Source: Octopus sinensis
Taxonomy: Eukaryota
DNA length: 64,000 bases
Direction: 5' to 3'
Assembly: GCF_006345805.1 (NCBI RefSeq)
Contig: NC_043012.1
Location: 29,450,001 to 29,514,000, forward strand
Shown: piece by piece, positions 29,040 to 41,524 of the stretch
Numbering within the stretch: the stretch's first letter is position 1
Layout: every line of letters starts with the position of its first letter
Notes under the pieces: model-generated
Seen by the model: the letters and a program-made list of their open reading frames with translations, nothing else
What the model was told of the DNA's origin: nothing
The model's database searches: none
Position numbers and translations under genes: made by a program

Positions 29040-29282
29040 CAGGGTGTTCAAAAAGTCTCTCTGCAGTGAATTTTTTCATCCTGACTATCCAAGATGTATT
29101 TCAAAATATGTGTAGAAGAGTCAACTTATGTATTGAAAATGAAGGACAACACTTTCAACACCTCTTATAACGTTTTTTAAAGTCTTGTAAAGTCTGATAT
29201 ATTCTTTTGTAGTCTTATACCATTTTATAAATATTTAATTTGCAATTAAACACTTACTGCGGAGAGACTTTTGAACACCCTC
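29040..29282 (+). mobile_element. Tc1/mariner-superfamily internal-deletion derivative (MITE)
   Basis: TIR CAGGGTGTTCAAAAAGTCTCTCTGCAGT versus ACTGCGGAGAGACTTTTGAACACCCT; retains transposase C-terminus FQNMCRRVNLCIENEGQHFQHLL-stop. Confidence 0.8.
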
Positions 29283-29510
29283 TGCGTGTGTGTGTGTATA
29301 TGTATATGTGTATATATATATATGTGTGTATATGTATATGTATATGTATATATATATATATTATATATATATATTATATATATATATATATTATATATAT
29401 ATATATATATGGTAAAACGGTAAGATAACAAAAGAAAGAAAGAGACCTCAATATTATGTAAATAGAGGAAATTTATCTATACAATAATATGTTACATTAC
29501 TCGATAGTCA

Positions 29511-29573
29511 AGATAAAACTCTGAATTTCAGATGCCGAAGTGGAAATCCACAACACCATCTCTTCGGTTATCT
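29511..29573 (-). ncRNA. Type I hammerhead ribozyme with CCGAAGA (U4C) core variant
   Basis: AGAUAA-CCGAAGA-GAUG...GUGGAUUUCCAC...CAUC-U-GAAA-UUCAGAG-UU-UUAUCU; 6-bp stem I. Confidence 0.7.
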
Positions 29574-29622
29574 GGCTATTTGAAAACGCTATGAAAAAAT
29601 ACCGTTATACAAAGGGAAATTA

Positions 29623-29752
<130 letters not shown>

Positions 29753-29820
29753 GCCTCGCCTTAACAGCTAATACAAATGGACCAGCACAAGATCGTTTTA
29801 GGAAGGATATTATCCAGTTA

Positions 29821-30828
29821 ATGAAATACTTCGGACTTAGTATAACTATAGATACTAACCTGACGGTTGTCAATTTCTTAGACGTTTCCTTAGATCTTAA
29901 TAAGAATATTTATAAGCCTTATAGGAAGCCCAATGATAGACTAAGTTATATTAATGTAGGTTCATGCCATCCCCCTATAGTATTCAAAAATTTAGTTAAA
30001 AATATTAGTAAGAGGATTTCTAGCCTCTCCTCTGATAAGGACATCTTCAATAGCGTTGCCCCAGTTTATAATAAGGCTTTAAAAGATAGTGGTTTTAGCG
30101 AAAAAATAAAATATACACCCATTACTAGCCCAACAGTAAGGAAAAGGAATAATAGAAATAGGAAGGTCATCTAGTTTACGCCCCCTTACTCACCCGAGGT
30201 GGCCTTCAATATAGGTAAATATTTCTTAGCACTGATAGATAGACATTTTCTAGTTAACCATACTTATAGGAAACTCTTCAATAGACACAATTTAAAAATT
30301 AGTTTTATTTCCACTACCAATTTTAAAAACATAATCAAACATAACATACAAAAAACACAAGAAAACAGCTGTTCATGCAGGAATAAAGAATTGTGCCCGC
30401 TAAATGGAGCTTGCATGTCCAAGACCATCATATATGAAGCTACCGTAAACTCTATAACCATTAAAGACACCGTTTCGACGAAGAAATACGTGGGCCTTAC
30501 AGAGGGTAACTTCAAGGCCAGGTTCAATAACCACACTTTGAGCTTTAGGCACTGAAACAAAAGAAAAGCGACACAATTATCTAATCATATTCGGTCTTTA
30601 AGAGATAAAGGTGTCGATTATAACATACATTGGAAGATTTTGGCCAGATGTAAGCCCTATACCAACGGCAGCGGAAGGTGCGGTCTATGCGACATGGAGA
30701 GATGGCTTATCTGGAAAAGCAGCTTAGACCCTACTACATGTCTTAATACAAGGACAGAACTTTTCGGATCATGCCCACATGTGACTAAATTTCTGTTACG
30801 TTTTTGGTCCCCTAAAGAAAACAGATAG
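29821..30828 (+). pseudogene. Penelope RT C-terminus + GIY-YIG endonuclease, with two in-frame stops
   Basis: One frame across track ORFs 29821-30174, 30199-30555 and 30640-30828, with TAG at 30172 and TGA at 30553. Confidence 0.85.
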
Positions 30829-31022
30829 AACATGCTTTCTATGTTATGTCCCAAGAAGATTTTATATATTTTTATATATTTTTAATATATTTTTTAATGT
30901 ATTTTTATATAATTTTTATGACGAAAAATGCGATCGTTGTATAAGTATGCAGGCAAGCAGAGTTAAAACACAGTAATTTCCCTTTGTATAACGGTATTTT
31001 TTCATAGCGTTTTCAAATAGCC

Positions 31023-31076
31023 AGATAACCGAAGAGATGGTGTTGTGGATTTCCACTTCGGCATCTGAAACTCAGA

Positions 31077-31083
<7 letters not shown>
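31023..31083 (+). ncRNA. Second copy of the U4C-variant hammerhead, at the element 3' end
   Basis: Same motif with stem III ACUC-A-GAGU; homology ends about 4 nt after the predicted GUU cleavage site, then (TA)n. Confidence 0.68.
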
Positions 31084-31120
<37 letters not shown>

Positions 31121-31382
31121 CAATTAAGGACAACTACTTAATAAGGAAAACTTAACAAGAAATTGTCAGGTAGATAGCGTAAAAACCCCATAAGAGAAAA
31201 AATTTCGAAAATAATTATTTCTTATTGAACATATTAATTTATATATAGAGGGCATTATACATACATGCCAGGAGGCATTATACATACATGCCAAACGCTA
31301 AGAGGGACAATCAGTCATTTCTACCAAAAATATTACTAATCCCACCGAATGCAATTTTTCAAAGTAAGACATTTAAAAATAT

Positions 31383-31430
31383 AGACCTGTATCACAGTGA
31401 TTTCATACTTACGTAATCATCAGCAGGCCT
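31383..31430 (-). ncRNA. Type I hammerhead ribozyme
   Basis: AGGCCUG-CUGAUGA-U UAC GUAA GUA U-GAAA-UCAC U GUGA-UA-CAGGUCU; 7-bp stem I. Confidence 0.82.
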
Positions 31431-31910
31431 GAATGTATTATAAATAAACAACGACCCTGCCTCGCTTAAGCCGATCAGCTAACTGATCAACATCAACGAA
31501 GCACATGGGTGAGTTTATATATATTACATCCGGGTAAATGGCAAACTTTTACGAATTGCATTTCGGGAGAGGAAAAGTTTTTTCGGAATAAAAATTTAGC
31601 AATTAAGGACAACTACTTAATAAGGAAAATATTAATTTATATATAGAGGGCATTATACATACATGCCAGGAGGCATTATACATACATGCCAAACGCCAAT
31701 TTCTTGTTAAGTTTTCCTTATTAAGTAGTTGTCCTTAATTGCTAAATTTTTATTCCGAAAAAACTTTTCCTCTCCCGAAATGCAATTCGTAAAAGTTTGC
31801 CATTTACCCGGATGTAATATATATAAACTCACCCATGTGCTTCGTTGATGTTGATCAGTTAGCTGATCGGCTTAAGCGAGGCAGGGTCGTTGTTTATTTA
31901 TAATACATTC

Positions 31911-31958
31911 AGGCCTGCTGATGATTACGTAAGTATGAAATTACTGTGATACAGGTCT
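31911..31958 (+). ncRNA. Type I hammerhead ribozyme
   Basis: Same motif, one C>U giving a U-G wobble in stem III; predicted cleavage after 31951. Confidence 0.8.
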
Positions 31959-32386
31959 ATTTTTTAAATGTCTTACTTTGAAAAATTGCATTCGGTGGGA
32001 TTAGTAATACTTTTGGTAGAAATGACTGATTGTCCCTCTTAGCGTTTGGCATGTATGTATAATGCCTCCTGGCATGTATGTATAATGCCCTCTATATATA
32101 AATTAATATGTTCAATAAGAAATAATTATTTTCGAAATTTTTTCTCTTATGGGGTTTTTACGCTATCTACCTGACAATTTCTTGTTAAGTTTTCCTTATT
32201 AAGTAGTTGTCCTTAATTGCTAAATTTTTATTCCGAAAAAACTTTTCCTCTCCCGAAATGCAATTCGTAAAAGTTTGCCATTTACCCGGATGTAATATAT
32301 AAACTCACCCATGTGCTTCGTTGATGTTGATCAGTTAGCTGATCGGCTTAAGCGAGGCAGGGTCGTTGTTTATTTATAATACATTC

Positions 32387-32434
32387 AGGCCTGCTGATGA
32401 TTACGTAAGTATGAAATCACTGTGATACAGGTCT
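32387..32434 (+). ncRNA. Type I hammerhead ribozyme
   Basis: Same motif; predicted cleavage after 32427, 476 nt downstream of the previous site. Confidence 0.82.
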
Positions 32435-32543
32435 ATATTTTTAAATGTCTTACTTTGAAAAATTGCATTCGGTGGGATTAGTAATATTTTTGGTAGAAAT
32501 GACTGATTGTCCCTCTTAGCGTTTGGCATGTATGTATAATGCC

Positions 32544-32601
<58 letters not shown>

Positions 32602-33181
32602 TTTCTCTTGTTCTCTTTATATTCTTATATCTGCTTTAACTCTGTAGGATTGGCAGTTAACGGCTGTATGCTGGTCAAAAGTAATGTTCTCTTTTATAAA
32701 TCTCAGATTCCTGCAACTCTAACCTAGACTTTCTGTCACCACAGAAATAGACTATTCTGTGTAGGTTGTGTACTTACACCCCTTTCCTCTCAGTTGTCCC
32801 ATAATGCCCTATTTGGGCGGTTTTTCTGCTCCACTAACTTCTTTTAGCCAATATAATTCCAACATAGTAGTTTTGTGAAATGAACAGAAATGTGATCAGC
32901 ATCTTCTCATATATCAGGAAATTATACCTACTTTATTATGGATAAATTCATCGTCTCTGAGTATGAAATATCTCCTCATATCTCCGGAAAGTACACCTAC
33001 ATTATGGATTTACTTTTTCTGTGAAGCTAACAAGTTTTTTTAAAAACCTTTTATAAAACTGTGAATCATTAGAGAACTTTGGAAGTCTGCTTACAATCTA
33101 AATTTGCTTTTTATAGAACTCTCTTCGATACTTCATGAGTGTAGCCTCACCCCCTAGGATGTTTGGAAAACTCATATGTGT

Positions 33182-33270
33182 TTTGGCTGATGAATACGGG
33201 ACACTTGTATTTGCTGCAATATTTGCAGCTTTTAATAAAGCTGTTCTTCGTATGAAACAATTGTACTGAA
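33182..33270 (+). ncRNA. Hammerhead ribozyme with long branched stem II, in a probable Penelope-like 3' relic (~32600-33300)
   Basis: UUUGG-CUGAUGA-AUACGGGACA...UGUUCUUCGUAU-GAAAC-AAUU-GUA-CUGAA; palindromic ACAAUUGU stem III. Confidence 0.7.
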
Positions 33271-33301
33271 CAACTAATTCATTCTAGTTGCTTTTTTCTT
33301 G

Positions 33302-33332
<31 letters not shown>

Positions 33333-34438
33333 ATATATATGTATGTGTATATATATATATAAAGATATACATATATATATATGCATATATATGGAGTGAT
33401 GGCTTGTTGCCAACTTAATGTGGCAGGCCCAGGAAAGGGAAGAATATGCTGCTGCTAAATAGCCCCAAGAAACACCGTTTCCAGTTGGCTACGTGACACA
33501 AGCGTTCTGTGTCCCCGGAGAGTGTCTGTACGTGGTCACTGGCCTGTAAGACATGGCAGCCGAATTTTCCTCTAGCGACGCCCTACCATCTAACAAAAAG
33601 AAGGACCACACTGGAGAGTGCAGTTGAAGGTTTTACACTGGGTGGAAATCAGATGAGGTGGTCATTATTGGAATGTTCTTAGAATGTATTTCGTTTTGTC
33701 ACAGGTCACCCCAGATTCTGTACACATATCTCTACAGTACAACAATGGATTTGGAGCTCAAGAAGAAGAAAAAGAAGAATAAGAAGAAGAACAACAAGAA
33801 GAAGAACAACAACAACAAGAAGAAGCTCTTCTGTAACAATCATGACAACACAATTGTTACAAGAAATTAGCAGCAACTACTACTACTACTACTACTACTA
33901 CTATAATAACCATCAGAAACCTAAGGCAGCTACAACAATCACCACTACGACTGCAACAACAGCAACAACAATAGCTGCAAACCACACTAACTACTATTAC
34001 AATCACCACAGCCACCCCACATCATAACAACTACTACAATAATGACTACTCCCTCCATAACCATTACAACAACTTCATGTACCCCCCCCCACCAAAACCA
34101 CCACCAGCCCCCCCCACCACCGCAACAACAACAACAACAACAACAATGAGACTTCACTTGATACTGGCTTAGAATCTAATATATTTAGCTTAGATTACAT
34201 GGACACTTACAGAAAAAATATATACACACAACATATATATATATATATATATGTATAAATTTGTGTGCATACATACACATATGTATGTATATATATATAC
34301 ATATATATGTATATGTATATACACATATATTGATATGTGTACATATATGTAAGTATATATATGTATATATGTATGTGTATAATATATATACATATATATA
34401 TATATATGTGTATATATATATGTATATGTATGTATATG

Positions 34439-34469
<31 letters not shown>

Positions 34470-34839
34470 GTAAGTACATATATGTATGTATATATGTATG
34501 TATGTATGTGTGTGTGTGTATATATATATATATATACACACACAAACACACATGTATACATATATATATATATATACATATATATATATGCACACATACA
34601 GTGTGTATATACACTTACACAAAGAGAAACGGAGTAATGAATACACATACACATATGTGTGGGTGGGTGTATATTTGTGTATATACATATTCACACAACT
34701 ATAGACATATTCTTAAGAAAATTTATTCATATTAATGTATCTGCATGTGTTTGCCTGTTTGGATATGTATATGTATGTGTATGTGGGTGTGTGTGTATGT
34801 TTATACAAAAACTTTTACATATTCATAAACGTGTATAAT

Positions 34840-34870
<31 letters not shown>

Positions 34871-35518
34871 CGAAGATGTATATACACACGCATGCATACA
34901 CACACAAATGCACAAAGTATTTATCACCATTATCCGAAGCGGTTCCCCAAACAGAGACATTCATCTGGCGCCAAGACTTAACCCTATATTTACACATCTT
35001 ATCATAAGCAGCATCCACTAAACGTCTTGAAGCTGAATGCTGGAGCCATTGGATTTACATTGACGTCATCAGATCAACGTCGGAGCCACTAAAAGACGGA
35101 TGGTGCCTACAACTCAACAATGGTACCATGGCACCAACGTTGACACTGACGGATCAGCTGTGAAGCTAAAAGATCGATAGTTGCCCGCCAAATCAAAAAT
35201 GGTACCATTCAAATAAACACTTCCGTTACCGAAGACCTTGAATGAACAACAGAACAGTCAGGTGGACATAGACTTTTCTATTGTTTGGAAACAAGAAGAC
35301 TGGCAAGATCAGCACGAACCAGAGAATGAAATCTAGCGTTTGAAGTTCAATAATATCGCTAAAATATTAGTTTAATATGTCAAACCATTAGTGGTTCCAC
35401 CATTTTGACACTGGATGTGGTTGTTCAACGCTAGGGACAACGATGCTAGCACCTTTCTTCTTACTCCTGTTTCCCTCCTCACACATCTGAGCAGTGACCT
35501 TTTGCACCCTTCGCTTTT

Positions 35519-35569
35519 CCACATGTTCTGAAGAAGGAGGTCATAGCCTCGAAATATAGAAATATGTGG
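35519..35569 (+). ncRNA. Degenerate hammerhead ribozyme
   Basis: CCACAUGUU-CUGAAGA-AG-GAGG ucauag CCUC-GAAA-UAUAGA-AAUAUGUGG; 9-bp stem I but the NUH uridine appears mutated. Confidence 0.5.
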
Positions 35570-35925
35570 TATGACTGCAAAGTTACCAGGACGTAAACAC
35601 ACTAACACCGGTTGTCAAGCGGTGGTGTGGGACAAACACAGACTCAGACAAACACACACATACATGCATACATGGATACATACATAAATAAATATATACT
35701 TTCATATATACATAAACAAGCACATAAATACATAAACACATATATACATACATAAACACACACACACACAACACATAAACTGAGCCTGAAAGATTACTTT
35801 AAGATATATGGCGTATTTTATAAATATGCCTGTCCAAGTATCATAATACCATGAAACTATTGATAGCTCTTTCAGTTGTGTATTTAATTTGATACATACA
35901 TACGTCTATATCTATATCTATCTAA

Positions 35926-35993
<68 letters not shown>

Positions 35994-36007
35994 ATCTATC
36001 TATCTAT

Positions 36008-36064
<57 letters not shown>

Positions 36065-36083
36065 ATATATATATATATAATAT

Positions 36084-36132
<49 letters not shown>

Positions 36133-36629
36133 ATATATATATACATACATATATACATGCATACATACATACATACATACATACATACATACATACACAC
36201 ACATATTCTTTTATTCTTTAATTCTTTCACTTGTTCCAGCCATTTGACTGTGGCCACGACGATTGTCTTTCAATTTCCGTCAATCAAAATCCACCGACAA
36301 AGCTTTGATCGGCTCAGAGGCTAAAGTAGAAGACACTTGTGCAAGGTGCCACACAGGAGGATTGAACTCAGTACTGTGTGGTTGGGAAGCAATTTTCTTA
36401 CCAAACAACCAAACCCGCACCTACATGGCCAGTTTTTAGGGCGAAATCCCATAAAATCTTGTAATTCATATTCTATATCACAGGCTCTGGTTCGTGTTCG
36501 AATCGTTTATATGTCAAACATTATTTACACGGTAATACCTACGCTTATACTCTTTTCTTGCTAGTTTACTGCATTCACTTACATGTGAATGACGAAAACT
36601 TTCGTTACTTTTCTCTCAGATTCTCTTTT

Positions 36630-36980
36630 CTCACGGGTCTGTTCTGAGCGTCCGTCTGTCATAGGAGAAGAGGAAATGAGAAAAGGTACCAACTCCAGAA
36701 GTCACTGAGGGTAAGTGTGTTTTTATGGAGTTTTTCCATGAGCAGCCTTCCAACGTCTCCTCCCTATTGAGGACTACACATAGTGAAAATGTTATTGCAT
36801 CTTTTTTCAGTTAACCTGTTTACACGCAAAATCCTCACAAGACATGCACGCGCGCGCACACACACTTTATCTCTCTCTCTCTCACACACACACACATACA
36901 CACACACTTGCAACGGTTTGTCTTCTACTGCTCATAATGTTTTTCTTATTGTAAACCCTTTGTGATTAATAAAGAAATCA
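36630..36980 (+). mobile_element. Decayed Tx1-like 3' end
   Basis: GSVLSVRLS-stop resembles the ORF2 end; 3'-UTR motif CTGAGGGTAAG...TTTTTCCATG; ends CCCTTTGTGATTAATAAAGAAA. Confidence 0.45.
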
Positions 36981-37007
36981 CCAGTCTATAATTTTATCAT
37001 TATTAAA

Positions 37008-37183
37008 AGGCGGTGAGCTGACAGCGTTGTTAGCACGCCGGACGGAACGCTTAGCGGTATTTCGCTCGTCTTACGTTCTGAGTTCAAATTCCGCCGACGT
37101 CGACTTTGCTTTTCATCATTTCAGGGTCGATAAATTAAGTAGAAGTTGCGTACTGAGGTCGATGTAATCGATTAGTCCCCTCT

Positions 37184-37185
<2 letters not shown>
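37008..37185 (+). mobile_element. tRNA-derived SINE family A (another partial copy at 37550-37830)
   Basis: B-box GAGTTCAAATTCC plus shared core. Confidence 0.78.
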
Positions 37186-37218
<33 letters not shown>

Positions 37219-37234
37219 TATCATCATTGCTGTT

Positions 37235-37545
37235 GTTACGCTAGTCCCTGCTGTTTTATTTAATAGGTATTTTATTTTGGTGTTTGGTAACAACAAAGAC
37301 TCCTCAATTCTCAAGAACCTTCTTTGGGATTCTTGCAGAATATAGGACGGCACTTTTCTGCATATGGACAATTGCGAGTGCCAATTCCAATCTCTTAGCA
37401 TTTTGACCGTTGTGCCAAGTGCACCAATTACCATAAAAACAATTGTGGCGCCAGCCTCTCAGACTTCTCAGTTCTCTGACTACAGCCTGATGCTTCTCAA
37501 TTGTCTTCAGAATCTTTGGCATCGACTCTGCTCTTCATTATTATT
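37235..37545 (-). mobile_element. R4/Dong-like LINE 3' fragment (RLE domain end)
   Basis: VVRELRSL, VIGALGTTVK, MQKSAVLYSARIPKKVL. Confidence 0.72.
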
Positions 37546-37847
37546 AGCGACATTTCGTCCGTCCTGAGTTCAAATTCCGCCGAAGTTGACTTTGCCTTTC
37601 ATCCTTTCGGGGTCGATAAAATAAGTACCAGTTGAACCTTGGGGTCGATGTAATCCCCACCTTAAATAAGTACCAGTTGAACCAGTGATGGTGATGGTGG
37701 TGGTGATGGTTGTTGTGGTGGTTGTAGTGGTGGTTGCGCTGATGATGGTGGTGGTGATGATGGTGATGGTGGCGGTGATGGTGGTGGTGTAATCGAATTA
37801 CCTGCCCCCTAAAAATTGCCGGCCTTTGCCGAAATTTGAAATCTTTA

Positions 37848-37852
37848 TAATT

Positions 37853-37887
<35 letters not shown>

Positions 37888-37917
37888 TATTATTATATTA
37901 TTATTATTATTATTATT

Positions 37918-37959
<42 letters not shown>

Positions 37960-38299
37960 GCTGTTGTTGTTGTTGTTGTTGTTGTTATTATTATTATATT
38001 GTTGTTGTTGTTATTATTATTGTTATTATTATTATTATTATTATTATTGCTATTATTATTATTATTGTTGTTATTATTGTTATTATTATTATTATTATTG
38101 TTATTGTTGTTGTTGTTGTTATTATTATTATTGTTATTGTTGTTATTGTTGTTGTTATTATTATTATTATTATTGTTGTTGTTATTATTATTGTTATTGT
38201 TGTTGTTGTTATTATTATTATTGTTATTGTTGTTATTGTTGTTATTATTATTGTTGTTGCTGTTGTTGTTATTATTATTATTATTGTTATTGTTGTTGC

Positions 38300-38354
<55 letters not shown>

Positions 38355-38374
38355 GCTATTGTTATTATTATTAT
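37848..38374 (+). repeat. (TTA)/(TTG)/(ATC) trinucleotide array
   Basis: Directly visible; source of the spurious poly-L/Y/C/I ORFs. Confidence 0.96.
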
Positions 38375-40354
38375 TCTATGTTTGACTTTTGCGTTATATT
38401 TGTACAAGTTGGCTCCAAGTCTCACCCAGAGACCTGAAGTGACAACAGGTTGGAAGTTCATGTAGTTATGCCTAGTGTGCAATATATTTGGGTTTTTTTT
38501 TGTGTTGTACTAGTGCATGTTAAAAAAAAAACCTAAAATTATGTTTGTTTTAAACCCTGAGATTACATAGAAAGTATTTTGCGTAGGATGTAAGCAGTTC
38601 CCATGAGCACTATCTTTTGAATTTCTGCCATTTTTGACTTTCCTGGTATCTGATTTAGGTAGCAATCAGCCCCTTTGGCTATCATTCCCAGGGCACCTAT
38701 GACAACAGGTATTGTTTTAGTTTTCAGGTTCCACATTTTGCTGATTTCTATTTCCAGATCTTTATATTTGCTCAGTTTTGGTAGGTCTTGACAGATACGT
38801 TTATATCGATTGGGACAGTCATATCAATGAGGAGGCATGTTCTTTCTCTGAAGTCTTTCAATATGATGTCAGGCCTATTTGCATCTAGGAGTGAGATGTG
38901 GTAATTTTCAAGTATTGGAGGTGGTTTGTGTTCCCACCAGTTTTTATCATGGGGCAAATTACCCAGTGAATATATTGTGCAGCTCTATCATGCCTGTTGA
39001 GATACTCTGTAGGCGCTAGAAGACTGCACTTGGAGAAACATGGTCAATGGTTTCATTTTGCTGTTGACATACACGACATGTTGGGCTACTAGCGTTCTTT
39101 AATATGTTGGCCTGGTAGTTTCTTGTAGGTAGGCATTGATCTTGAGCTGCTATGATAAACCCTTCTGTTTCAGATTTTAAGCCAGAGGCCATTAGCCATT
39201 GATGGGTCAGGGTTTTGTCAACATCTACATTATTCGCTCTCTTTGGATATTTGCCATAGAGGGGTTTTTCTTGCCATTTACCATTCAGAATATCTAAGGC
39301 AGCAGTTTTAGCACGGGTTTTCATGCGCTTAGCTTTTTTTTGTGCTTGTTTCTTGTATGTCTAATTCCGAAATTTGTTGTATACGGAATTCACTTAGATA
39401 TTCCCTTGCCTGTTTTGTTACTGAGTATGATGCTTTCTTGTTTTCATGTTTTGAGACAAGTTTTAACATCCAGTCCTCAGAGTTTTTCAGGTAGGTGTCT
39501 AGGCCAATTGTAGCAATTTTCATTGTTATTGCCAGTTGTAAAAGACCACGGCCTCCCTCTTTTCTTGGCAGATAGAGTCGTTCTGTATCTGCCTTAGGGT
39601 GGTGCATTCTATGCATTGTCAACAGTTTTCGTATTTTTCTGTCAAGATTACATATTTCAGTAATTGACCAGTTAACGATATTGAAACTGTAAGTCACGAC
39701 TGGTATGGCTAAAGCATTGATCGTTTCGATTCTGTTTTTCGCATTCAGCTCTGTCTTGAGTATTGCTCTTACTCTGCGATAACATTCTCTCCTGATCCTT
39801 TCCTTCATCACTGAATGCCTTATTCCGTCCCCTTCAATTACCCCTAGGTACTTGTAGCTCTCCGCTGGGTCTAATTCTTTTATGACATTCTGCTGGTCAA
39901 GGTTAACGTTAGATGTTTCTGTCATTTTTCCTTTGATAAAGGTAGCTGGAAAATGACACATGAAATTTTTACATCACCAGCATTTAGAGATTCATTGTCA
40001 CTGTTCAAAGTTAGCGTGGTTCTCCATGATCTCATACTTACAGACAAGAAGTTTCTCAGAGTAGGCGCTATTTTGTACATTTCTAGGCATTTCTTTATCC
40101 AGCTATGTGGTAGGCTATCAAAAGCCTTTTTATAGTCTATCCAGGCTATTGACAAGTTTTTGTGTCGTTTGTGACAATCTTCTAAGATCATCTTTACAAC
40201 TATAGGATCCACGTTTACATCCTTTCTGTTCATTAGGGAATATGCTGCTGTCTGTTAAAAAACTATAGGTATATTCCGTCAGGACAGTTGTTAAGCAGGT
40301 TATGGGTCTATAGTTTTTTGGTTCATTTGTTTCTTCACTTTTTGGAAGCAGGAA

Positions 40355-40357
<3 letters not shown>
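38375..40357 (-). mobile_element. R4/Dong-like RLE-type LINE, 5'-truncated and internally deleted
   Basis: PKNYRPITCL, WIDYKKAFDSLPH, YKYLG, RLYLPRKEGGRGL, CRVC...ETIDH, NRPDI...LIDMTVP; TAA-type arrays on both sides; YxDD region deleted near 39950. Confidence 0.88.
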
Positions 40358-40412
<55 letters not shown>

Positions 40413-40612
40413 GTTATTGTTGTTGTTGTTGTTATTATTATTGTTATTGTTGTTATTGTTGTTGTTGTTATTATTATTATTATTGTTGTTACTGTTATTA
40501 TTATTGTTGTTGTTATTATTGCTATTGTTATTATTGTTGTTGTTGCTGTTATTATTATTATTATTGTTGTTGTTGTTGTTGTTATTATTGTTGTTGTTGT
40601 TGTTATTATTAT

Positions 40613-41010
40613 TAGGAGTGGCTGTTTGGTAAGTAGCTTGCTAACCAACCACATGGTTCCGGGTTCAGTCCCACTGCGTGGCATCTTGGGCAAGTGTCTT
40701 CTGCTATAGTCCCGGGCCGACCAATGCCTTGTGAGTGGATTTGGTAGACGGAAACTGAAAGAAGCCTGTCGTATATATGTATATACATATAAGTGTGTGT
40801 GAATATGTTTGTGTGTCTGTGTTTGTTCCCCTAGCATTGCTTGACAACTGATGCTGGTGTGTTTACGTCCCCGTCACTTAGCGGTTCGGCAAAAGAGACC
40901 GATAGAATAAGTACTGGGCTTACAAAGAATAAGTCCCGGGGTCGAGTTGCTCGACTAAAGGCGGTGCTCCAGCATGGCCGCAGTCAAATGACTGAAACAA
41001 GTAAAAAGAG
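40613..41010 (+). mobile_element. CORE-like SINE family B
   Basis: Colinear with 20775-21170. Confidence 0.83.
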
Positions 41011-41524
41011 TAAAAAGAGTAAAAAAGAGTATTATCATTATCATTATTATTATCATTAATATTATTGTTGTTGTTTTTGTTATCATTATTATTTGTTCTG
41101 TAGGAAAGACGCGTTCTACTGGTCAGGCGGTCCATCTTTGGTAGCCCCTCTTGGAAGGCGAGCTTGGCGCGTCGACCCTGCAGATGCAGAAAAACCGCCA
41201 TTGAAGGTGCTCTGAGTGAACAAGTATAAGGAGATTTGGCTGTTATTTCTTGTAGCTTAAGTGACCAGATAGAGACATCCTAGCTGGCTTGTAAAAAATA
41301 CAATGTTGTTGTATAGATTCAGACGAAGTCTGATCGAGAAGACCAATGATCAATGGCAATCCAGCTGTGACCACCCTTTCTTTTTCCAGCTCCATAGAAT
41401 CCAGTCTGGAGATTTTTTATGGCATCATTGTGTGGAGGGTGGTTGGTGGTAGTGACGTTTGAATGTCTGGTGTTTGAGGTATAGGTACAGGTAGGGTGGT
41501 TCGTGGCTGGTAGATGAGATAGGA

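Larger units (their letters stand above)
31117..32546. mobile_element. Non-coding array of a ~476-nt hammerhead-containing unit (retrozyme-like or Penelope pLTR array)
   Basis: About 1.2 units on minus (31117-31697), then about 1.8 units on plus (31698-32546); near-identical copies; no ORF in the track; flanked by (TA)n and (CT)n. Confidence 0.85.

Noticed and set aside
30553-30555. In-frame TGA in the Naiad-type ORF as selenocysteine (some Naiads encode selenoproteins)
   Set aside because: It does not fall at a conserved Cys position (SFRH*NKRK), is a plausible CGA>TGA change, the copy also has a TGG>TAG stop, and I see no convincing SECIS in the 3' UTR
31117-32546. CRISPR-like array
   Set aside because: Long near-identical units with no unique spacers, in a eukaryotic context
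37826-38482. Poly-Leu and Tyr/Cys-rich ORFs, and all IYLS, MYVC, THTH and poly-Asp ORFs in the track
   Set aside because: Microsatellite translations lacking stops by composition
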